Positions 57,186-64,000 of a DNA stretch of 64,000 nucleotides are shown here, piece by piece. The position numbers and the translations under genes were made by a program. How positions within the stretch are numbered: the first letter of the stretch is position 1; every line of letters begins with the position of its first letter. Under the pieces are notes generated by a model. That model was not told the origin of the DNA. It saw only the letters and a program-made list of their open reading frames with translations, and did not search any database. Location of the stretch: sequence record NC_071015.1; one strand, 5' to 3'.

Positions 57186-57668
57186 TTATTGTTTACCGTT
57201 TTGGGCTTTGCTCTTTTCAGCGGCCGCAAGTTTATCGGCGATCTTCTTCTTCTCAATGAGAAGATCTTCGGTACCACGGTTGATACCTTCCAAAATATCC
57301 TCAATATGCGTGATTGGCATATCCAGGTAATCTTTCACGGTTAAGAATTTTTCATACTCTCTAAACCCGAAGGCGTATCCGAAACCTTTCGCGGAGAAGA
57401 TGTGAGCAAAATCCCTTCTCTGGTGATTGTACTTGATGTGATTAGAAAGGGGTTCTTTCTCATTCACATGTCCGTACATCATCATCACAATACGCCGTTC
57501 CAGAATAGCTTGCTTAATAGGGTCTTTTTCATTTGCCCCTTCTATAAAGAGCTGAAGGGCTCGATCTAAAAGGGGCGCTGAAACTTGATCTTCCCGTCTT
57601 AGGAAAGAGTTTCCTCTACTGTGCTCGCTGCTTCGGTTCTGATACCAATCATCATTCGGGTTCGGTCT
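57186..57668 (-). CDS. Downstream ORF probably reached by -1 frameshift from the 57599-59209 gene (or a 100-aa protein from GTG 57488)
   Basis: Frame is open upstream of GTG 57488 to about 57740 with no ATG/GTG/TTG; the extension (APLLDRALQLFIEGANEKDPIKQAILERRI) looks protein-like. Confidence 0.5.
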   Translation of the reverse strand, partial: RPNPNDDWYQNRSSEHSRGNSFLRREDQVSAPLLDRALQLFIEGANEKDPIKQAILERRIVMMMYGHVNEKEPLSNHIKYNHQRRDFAHIFSAKGFGYAFGFREYEKFLTVKDYLDMPITHIEDILEGINRGTEDLLIEKKKIADKLAAAEKSKAQNGKQ

Positions 57669-59209
57669 AAAAAATTTAGAATCGGATCGACCGGTGTAAA
57701 CCCAGACAAGCGAGAAGCGCTCACTGAATCGTTTTCTTTCTTACAGGCCGGACAGACGTTGTTCATAATCCCCACAAATGTGTAGGTCATACGAGGAGCC
57801 AACGTGATCACTTTTTCCAGCGCAGAGAAGTACACTTCTTCGTCTTCGTTGAAGATATCAATCAGACCTTCGCTAAAGCCCTCTGGATCTTCTTCACGCG
57901 TGATCGTCTTGATCTCGGTATCTTCGGTACCCGGCTCTGGCAGCTCTTCATACAGACGGAACCAGTGCATGTATTCGTGCCCACGCAGGCTGGCCAGATA
58001 TTCACGACGTTTGGTTCGGAAGACGTCCATGTTCGGGAACTGAATTGCCAGCTCACGCAGTTCAGGGTTAATACGTTCCGCCATCATTTCATAACAACGG
58101 AAATATTCTTCCAGAGACGGAACCCCCAAGACGATGCGAGAACCGGTGTTACCCAGGTCACAGGTCAGATCCAACGGTTCACCGTTTTCATCCACATACA
58201 CCGGAGCGTATTTGGCCAACTCTTCACGGGACAGCTTACGTCCGTTAGAGGTGATCTCAAAGAGAATGTTGCGGCGTTCTTCCGGCATGGCATTTTCGAG
58301 AGTCAGTACCATACTGGCTGGATCGATGATGATCACTTCGGAGTGTTTGCACTCATTGGCCAGGCAATAGGTACGATACGCTACCCCTTTCGGTGCACTG
58401 ATTGCTAACAGCGCCATGGCGATATGTTCTAAATCGTTAACTTTGATGTAACGTTTCAGTTCATAGTGGTCAGCCACATCTTTCACGCTGTGATAAGACA
58501 GACGATCAAGAATGAAGTTCACCAGAATCTGAGAAATACCGGCGCGCTCCAAGTGGATGGAGGTAACGTTATAACGCTCTCCGTATTGACGCAGTTTGGT
58601 AGACACGTCGTTGATCAGACGAATCAGATCTGACGGGGTCGGAATCTTCACGCGCAGAACGATCAGGGAGTTAAGCAGGACGATAGTGAAACTGTCCGGG
58701 GCATGAACCGCTGCACGGAAGTTGCGACGCATACGAGAGCGCACGTCAAGCTTGCTGTCCGGTTTCGGTGTCACGGACTGAATCAGACCCAGACGCAGAT
58801 CGCCTTTGGCCGGTACGGTATTCACCCAGCCCGTACGTTCAACCAGGGAAACGTTATCAGAACGCATCAGATGACGGTCAGTATACGCATAAAGGAAACG
58901 CGTATAGTTGATCAGCATCGGGATCAGTTCGTCGTAATCCATGCCTTTGAAGTGCTCATCGGCCAGGGTATCGAAGTTGAGCTTGAGGGCGTTAACGTCC
59001 CGTGTCTCTTTACCTTTATCCGCAGCTTCTTGTGCTTGTTGCCAAGCCATATACGATACTGCGGTCCGGTAGATTACCTTGTGTACTTCTTCGGCTGTTC
59101 CTAAGAACATAGGAAGAATGGCAACTTCATCGCTGGTTCCGGATCCCAGAACCATATCACGCAGCGCGTTGGTCAGATCCGGCTGCGGATCTTTTTGTTC
59201 TTCAGACAT
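57599..59209 (-). CDS. Conserved phiKZ-like protein with Cys-pair motifs; possible tail/baseplate assembly chaperone
   Basis: 536 aa from ATG 59209 (AAGGAA RBS); CLANEC and CPAC motifs; ends DPILNFLDR... Confidence 0.5.
   Translation of the reverse strand: MSEEQKDPQPDLTNALRDMVLGSGTSDEVAILPMFLGTAEEVHKVIYRTAVSYMAWQQAQEAADKGKETRDVNALKLNFDTLADEHFKGMDYDELIPMLINYTRFLYAYTDRHLMRSDNVSLVERTGWVNTVPAKGDLRLGLIQSVTPKPDSKLDVRSRMRRNFRAAVHAPDSFTIVLLNSLIVLRVKIPTPSDLIRLINDVSTKLRQYGERYNVTSIHLERAGISQILVNFILDRLSYHSVKDVADHYELKRYIKVNDLEHIAMALLAISAPKGVAYRTYCLANECKHSEVIIIDPASMVLTLENAMPEERRNILFEITSNGRKLSREELAKYAPVYVDENGEPLDLTCDLGNTGSRIVLGVPSLEEYFRCYEMMAERINPELRELAIQFPNMDVFRTKRREYLASLRGHEYMHWFRLYEELPEPGTEDTEIKTITREEDPEGFSEGLIDIFNEDEEVYFSALEKVITLAPRMTYTFVGIMNNVCPACKKENDSVSASRLSGFTPVDPILNFLDRTRMMIGIRTEAASTVEETLS
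57668..57677 (-). other. Candidate -1 ribosomal slippery site A AAT TTT TTA
   Basis: In-frame codons AAT TTT TTA (N-F-L) give X XXY YYZ twice (A AAT TTT and T TTT TTA); the -1 frame is the 57186 ORF. Confidence 0.55.
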
Positions 59210-59239
59210 CAATAGTTCCTTTATAAAGGAGTGAATGAA

Positions 59240-59968
59240 TTATTGTGCAACAGCTTCGGCAGACTCTTCAGGTTGAGTCGCTTCTGGTTTTGGTTCCAGT
59301 TCGTTTTCCGTGTGAACGCGAGACAGGTAGTCATAAGAAATGGCTTCCAGTACCTTGACGGTCTTCTCACTTTCAGAAAGTTCACCGTCCACATCTTCAC
59401 GCAGACGGGCCAGGGTATCTTCCACTACCAGGGCGTGTGGTTCAGCACGGGTAACTTCGACGTACAGCTCTTCAGCAAAGTTCTGAATAGTAGTACCGAT
59501 GTCCAGGCATTCGGTAGCCACGACTTCTTCCTGTTCAGCTTTCAGCAGCGGTTGCAGACGAGAGACGCGGTTGTCGATCAGGAACAGCTCAAGCGCGATG
59601 GCTTTGAGGTCGAGCACCAAAGTATGCTCGATGATCTTTTTCTCGATCATGCCGTTCAGCAGAGCGACATAAGAGAAGAGTTTGAACACTTCTCCAATAT
59701 TACGCTTCAATCCATCGATCATGTCTTGCGGAGATTTAAACTCCGTGTCTGTCGCCGGCTGGGTACCTTTATTGATCTGTCGTACCGCATTGCCCAGTAC
59801 AGAATCAAAGTCAAGCTGTTGGGCACCGAGCTTACGGGCTAAGCGGCGGTTCTCACGGTTGGCAACCGCAGACGGAGCTGCACGACCTTTCGCATTGCTG
59901 ATGCTTTTTTGCTTAGCACGAGCGTTGCGTTTCTGGGCACGTTTCTGAACAGAATTTTTGTTGGACAT
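59240..59968 (-). CDS. Hypothetical protein with highly basic N-terminal arm
   Basis: MSNKNSVQKRAQKRNARAKQK...RENRRLARKLG, then an acidic helical body. Confidence 0.55.
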   Translation of the reverse strand: MSNKNSVQKRAQKRNARAKQKSISNAKGRAAPSAVANRENRRLARKLGAQQLDFDSVLGNAVRQINKGTQPATDTEFKSPQDMIDGLKRNIGEVFKLFSYVALLNGMIEKKIIEHTLVLDLKAIALELFLIDNRVSRLQPLLKAEQEEVVATECLDIGTTIQNFAEELYVEVTRAEPHALVVEDTLARLREDVDGELSESEKTVKVLEAISYDYLSRVHTENELEPKPEATQPEESAEAVAQ

Positions 59969-60003
59969 TTTATGACCCCTTTTAAAAATGATTAGGTAAA
60001 TCT

Positions 60004-60888
60004 ATGTCAGAGATAGTTGATCTTACTAACGTAGACTTAGGTGTAGAAAACTTGGGTGAGATGTGGGAGGATTTTATTGCTCGCTGCACTCCCGCACATG
60101 CTACACTATTCAATGAGTCGTACAATTTAATTGCACTGTCATTCCCTGACAGTTTTACCGACAGTACGTTAACCCACTTATTTATCGACGAAGGTTTGGA
60201 AACCTCGGAACTGATGGCACACGTGCGGTTACTCTTTATCAACTCCATTGTTGATGCGTTGCAGATAATGGGGATTATCATTGATAAAGACTATCTGGAA
60301 ATGAACAGTCTGGAAGAACTGAAAAACGTTCTTGATACCATCTTCTTGTTCGACGGCTTAACAGATCTCATTGGTCTGGTAGATGTCCTTAATAATGAAG
60401 AACTCGATTGCAAAGAGCGCTTCATCGAAGTTGTGCGTATGGTTCAGCCACAATACGACATGAGCAACATGGAAGACTACATCACGGATGTCAGTCCTAA
60501 TGTTATTCGCGGCATCTTGATCGGTTTGAACATTATCGATGAGGATGACACCGAACATGTGGATCACACTCTCAAACAGAGGATTCGTGCTAACCGACTT
60601 TTCTTAGCTGAAACGTTTGCGGGTCAGCATATCCAAAACGGCGGTGGTGTTGGTCAAGTGGTGGATGCATATATGCGTCTTTTCATGAGCGATCTGGCAA
60701 AGCTTCTGGTAGAAGACAAGCTTAAGTATTTATCTAACGTGCTCTCCCTGCTGTTGATCTCATCCTTAAGTGACAATGAGATCAGCGGACAGTTCAGTGC
60801 GCTGGTAGAAGATCAGTGTAATGAGGTTGACGAACTGTACAAAGCGACCGCTCTTTTGAATAAGGTAAAACTCAATGCACAAGCTTGA
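60004..60888 (+). CDS. Conserved acidic protein co-transcribed with the virion RNAP subunit
   Basis: 294 aa; 14-nt overlap with the beta-prime fragment gene. Confidence 0.5.
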   Translation: MSEIVDLTNVDLGVENLGEMWEDFIARCTPAHATLFNESYNLIALSFPDSFTDSTLTHLFIDEGLETSELMAHVRLLFINSIVDALQIMGIIIDKDYLEMNSLEELKNVLDTIFLFDGLTDLIGLVDVLNNEELDCKERFIEVVRMVQPQYDMSNMEDYITDVSPNVIRGILIGLNIIDEDDTEHVDHTLKQRIRANRLFLAETFAGQHIQNGGGVGQVVDAYMRLFMSDLAKLLVEDKLKYLSNVLSLLLISSLSDNEISGQFSALVEDQCNEVDELYKATALLNKVKLNAQA

Positions 60889-62185
60889 TTACCTCTTTCT
60901 GGCTTTTAAAAACCGTGCCTATGTGCGCAAGACCTTTCTCATGTCGATCTTCAGTTTGGTACACGACACGCCAAACAACCGAAAGCTGTTAGAAAGTGTT
61001 CCGTACGCCGCTATCCGGGATAATGAGAAGAAAGAGATCTACTTCATTGATGAGAACAAAAACAAAGTGGTGATTGAAGGGTACGAGAACTTCAATGCTC
61101 CGTTGTTCAATAAAAATGAAAAGATCACCGTTGACATGCAGGCGCATGATTTCATCACAGAGAAACAAGAGACCACGGTTGGGATCTTCTTGGTGAACAT
61201 CGTGGTACTGTTTGAATCGTTCGGTAAACGCACGAACTATGTCAATGGTAAAATCGCCGGTGGAACCATTCAGGGACTGATTGACAGTCTGATGGCAGAT
61301 AACCCAACTCCAACCACTCCGTTACCGGAAGGAAAGGCGTCGGTTGATGAATGCTTGAATGTCACCAAACAGCTTGATTACCTGGAAGGGTTAAATCAGG
61401 TCTTTGTTAAGGCGTCTTCTCTTGACGTACTGACTGTTCACCCTGATGTTATTGCCCTGCGCGATAAACTCCTGAAGGAACTGGAAGAGCAAGGTAAACT
61501 GGAAGACCCTACAGCAGTTGCAGTAGCGATCGATCAGGTTATTGCACTGGATGCCAAAATCCAGTATGCCGGTCCCTCTAAAGATTTCTTCATTAACGGG
61601 AAGTTTATCGACAACGCCCGTAAGAAGATGTTCATCATCTTTGATATGGTTCCAGACTTTAATACCGGCAAATATCAGCTGCTCCGCAAATCTCTGGATG
61701 AAGGTTGGGATCCTGATCATTATCCAGAATACATCAACACCGCTATCTCAGCATCCTTCGACCGTGGTAACGCAACCGGGGAAGGTGGTGCAGAAGTAAA
61801 AGTAGCCATCCTGTTGACCAACCGTATTTTGATTGGTGGGGAAGACTGTGGAACCGTACGTACCGAACCTGTGCGGTTAAACAAGTTTAACTTCAAAGGG
61901 TGGATTGGTGGATATCACTTAGTGGACGGAACAGCTACCAAACTTACCAAAGCCGATGAAAGCCTCATTGGACAGACCGTTCAAATGCGTGTACCTCAGT
62001 ACTGTACTCAGGATGAAGGTAACTTATGTCGGACGTGTTGTGGGGAGAAGCTGGGAGCGATTAAAACCCGTGTAAGTGCTGAGGCAGTTTACATCTTTAC
62101 TCAATTCATGTTGACACGTATGAAAGCCATGCACGTTTCACAGCTGAAAACAATCACCATGTCATTAGAACAAATCGTACGATAA
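60875..62185 (+). CDS. Virion RNA polymerase beta-prime-like subunit (phiKZ gp80-like)
   Basis: Bridge-helix-like SFDRGNATGEGG..ILLTNRI..EDCGT; Zn site VPQYC..NLCRTCCG; trigger-loop-like TQFMLTRMKAMH. Confidence 0.85.
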   Translation: MHKLDYLFLAFKNRAYVRKTFLMSIFSLVHDTPNNRKLLESVPYAAIRDNEKKEIYFIDENKNKVVIEGYENFNAPLFNKNEKITVDMQAHDFITEKQETTVGIFLVNIVVLFESFGKRTNYVNGKIAGGTIQGLIDSLMADNPTPTTPLPEGKASVDECLNVTKQLDYLEGLNQVFVKASSLDVLTVHPDVIALRDKLLKELEEQGKLEDPTAVAVAIDQVIALDAKIQYAGPSKDFFINGKFIDNARKKMFIIFDMVPDFNTGKYQLLRKSLDEGWDPDHYPEYINTAISASFDRGNATGEGGAEVKVAILLTNRILIGGEDCGTVRTEPVRLNKFNFKGWIGGYHLVDGTATKLTKADESLIGQTVQMRVPQYCTQDEGNLCRTCCGEKLGAIKTRVSAEAVYIFTQFMLTRMKAMHVSQLKTITMSLEQIVR

Positions 62186-62186
62186 G

Positions 62187-62227
62187 CATAACCCTTACCC
62201 CTCCGCAAGGAAGGGTAAGGGAGTATG
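62187..62227. terminator. Bidirectional hairpin flanked by CATA/TATG; near-identical to 46464-46505
   Basis: CCCTTACCC-CTCCGCAAGGAA-GGGTAAGGG. Confidence 0.75.
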
Positions 62228-62232
62228 TTTAA

Positions 62233-63063
62233 TTACAGCTCAAATGCTGCATCGGACTTCATGAAGCTATCCAGGCCGCTCAGCATACGCTTATTCAGCG
62301 AGTTGTTTGCAGATTCCAGTTTGCCCATCAGCTCACCGTAACCGGTCATTTTCGGGGATACTGCGCTACCGATTTTGTTACGTTGTTCATCGGTGACATC
62401 TTGACGAGCAAAGGTGTACGCGTTCAGCTTGTCATTAAGTTGACCCATCTCAGCGGACAGGGCGGATTGTGAGCGAGCAAATGCGGCACCCACCCCCCAG
62501 ACGTTGGAGTTATCCGGGTCGGCATCTTTCAGCGCATCTTTCAGCAGTTTGATAACGTGATCCAGTTCTTTACTTTCGAACCCGATCTCTTTAAACGCTT
62601 CCCCACCCACTTGTTCCTTCAGGGCTTCGGCTTTAGCGATCAGACCTTTGATCCCTTCGCCCATACCGGACACAGCCTTGTCCATGTTTTTGTCCCACTC
62701 GGTACGCTTAGCGGGTTCTTTGGCGACGACTTCTTTTACTACTTTATCAGCTTTTGCTTTGATAGCTTTGGTTTCGTCTTCTTGTTCTTTAACCGTTTTC
62801 TTCTTCCCGGTCAAAAACTCTTTGATGGCTTTGATGAGTGCAGCTAACCACTCTTTCACTTTACCCGCCGTTTTCTTAACGCCGTCCAGGAAGCCCTCAT
62901 TACCGGCAACAGAACCCATGTCAGCCACATGCAGTTTCAGTACCGCATAAGCGTAGTTCCCATCAGAATTAAGTTGGGCCTTTCCGGACATTGCCAGATT
63001 AAGGTTTTCACACCCAGTCACCATCGTGGCTAAGTGTTCGATCTCTCCGAAGCATGCACTCAT
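62233..63063 (-). CDS. Head protein paralog family member 6
   Basis: Start moved to ATG 63063; MSACFGEIEHLATMVTGCE...YAYAVLKLH...AGNE|GFLDGVKK. Confidence 0.7.
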   Translation of the reverse strand: MSACFGEIEHLATMVTGCENLNLAMSGKAQLNSDGNYAYAVLKLHVADMGSVAGNEGFLDGVKKTAGKVKEWLAALIKAIKEFLTGKKKTVKEQEDETKAIKAKADKVVKEVVAKEPAKRTEWDKNMDKAVSGMGEGIKGLIAKAEALKEQVGGEAFKEIGFESKELDHVIKLLKDALKDADPDNSNVWGVGAAFARSQSALSAEMGQLNDKLNAYTFARQDVTDEQRNKIGSAVSPKMTGYGELMGKLESANNSLNKRMLSGLDSFMKSDAAFEL

Positions 63064-63130
63064 TATTATGATACCTTTTTTAACAGTTATAATGGACAAA
63101 AGATTGACAAAAAAAAATAATGATAGCTCG

Positions 63131-63157
63131 CTCTACGTACCCACTGGGTACGTAGAG
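63131..63157 (-). terminator. Terminator hairpin
   Basis: CTCTACGTACCC-ACT-GGGTACGTAGAG, with a T-run further downstream on the minus strand. Confidence 0.7.
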
Positions 63158-63162
63158 TTCTA

Positions 63163-63828
63163 TTAAAGTGTCGCTGCCAACGTGACCGTTAAAATTTCGG
63201 TGGTGGTGTTGTAGTTATGAGAGTACAGTTCAATACGATTAAAGAACGACATCTCTTCATACAACGTTGCCACGTCCTGATTAAATCGGTCTTCAGCAAT
63301 TTCAGCCGACATTTTATTTAGGATCGAGCGAAACATCATTTCCAACTGACCGTAGAGTTGGCTGTTTTCGAAATCTTCTTCTGGTTCTATAGACACCATC
63401 GCAAGACCATCGATTTCACCAAACCCAGCATTGATACCCAGTTGATGAGCATAAATAGCAAAGGCCACATCCGTGATGATCTGCTGTTCGTGATCGAGTA
63501 AATCCTCATCATCGTCTTGCAACGGGTCGCCTTCCAGCGCCAGCCCACTTTGATCAGGAGTAGGGCGTGCAAACACAATGTTTAACACCCCCTCGATTAC
63601 AACATGCGACTGCTCTGTAGACAGTCCTTCGAAATAGTCAGCCAGCTGTGGAATCTTAAACTTATAAGTCACCGGAGCCAACTCGGGAATGACCCCTGCA
63701 CTAGTTAATGGCATTTTAATAGGTCCTAACATATCGGTGATAGAAACCGGGAGTGTATCACTCCCAGTCAAACTCGGCATTGACATAAAGTCTAATCCGA
63801 GTGAAGTCGGCATTAAATTCGTAGTCAT
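63163..63828 (-). CDS. Acidic hypothetical protein (start uncertain)
   Basis: Up to 221 aa; several candidate Met starts between 63828 and about 63712. Confidence 0.5.
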   Translation of the reverse strand: MTTNLMPTSLGLDFMSMPSLTGSDTLPVSITDMLGPIKMPLTSAGVIPELAPVTYKFKIPQLADYFEGLSTEQSHVVIEGVLNIVFARPTPDQSGLALEGDPLQDDDEDLLDHEQQIITDVAFAIYAHQLGINAGFGEIDGLAMVSIEPEEDFENSQLYGQLEMMFRSILNKMSAEIAEDRFNQDVATLYEEMSFFNRIELYSHNYNTTTEILTVTLAATL

Positions 63829-64000
63829 ATTTTAAGTAGAACTCCCCGCTTACGAGCAACGAATAATAGATCGGATCTTCACTGATCTCTGTTACTCGTT
63901 TTCTCATTTCTTCGTAGATAATGAGTGCCGATGGTTTATCTAATTCACCCAAGCACGAGACCATATAGGCCAGCATTTGGTTGTCGAATTCCAGCGGCGC
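63758..64000 (-). CDS. Hypothetical protein, 5'-truncated by window edge
   Basis: Frame is open from 64000 (APLEFDNQMLAYM...) to TGA at 63758. Confidence 0.5.
   Translation of the reverse strand, partial: APLEFDNQMLAYMVSCLGELDKPSALIIYEEMRKRVTEISEDPIYYSLLVSGEFYLKYDYEFNADFTRIRLYVNAEFDWE

Noticed and set aside
57486-57488. GTG as the sole start of the 100-aa ORF
   Set aside because: Weak RBS and a long protein-like upstream extension favour the frameshift model, though independent initiation is not excluded.
1-64000. CRISPR array, tRNA, rRNA, IS/transposase, integrase
   Set aside because: No regularly spaced repeats, cloverleaf, or transposase/integrase motifs noticed by eye; the hairpins are dispersed single intergenic elements.
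1-64000. Alternative genetic code (stop-codon reassignment)
   Set aside because: Standard-code ORFs already tile the window densely with full-length core genes.

Overview
The whole window is gene-dense DNA from a phiKZ-like jumbo myophage (Chimalliviridae-type, nucleus-forming lineage; host probably a Gammaproteobacterium, not determinable here). It is read in the standard genetic code, and most genes lie on the minus strand. Left to right it holds: a paralogous tail-fibre cluster; an overlapped spanin-like pair and a 4-TM holin candidate; a RuvC-like resolvase; baseplate/virion genes; the portal; a small accessory island with a phiKZ-type early promoter; a non-virion RNAP beta fragment; the major capsid protein; a DnaB-like helicase; a long block of head/inner-body proteins carrying G/S/A-x-E prohead-protease sites; a HExxH metalloprotease-like protein; the exonuclease-containing half of a split family-B DNA polymerase; six paralogs sharing a conserved N-terminal leader but with divergent C-termini; and a virion RNAP beta-prime fragment. 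The most notable observations are four. (1) A candidate -1 programmed frameshift (A AAT TTT TTA) would fuse the 536-aa gene at 57599-59209 to a downstream ORF whose 5' extension has no start codon, as in P2 E/E'. (2) Hairpin+promoter+leader cassettes may form a modular head-cargo system. (3) An M48-like membrane metalloprotease sits in the head module. (4) Recurring hairpins are flanked by CATA/TATG. Assignments to phiKZ gene families come from recalled motifs and synteny, not from database searches. No tRNA, rRNA, CRISPR array or IS element was seen.
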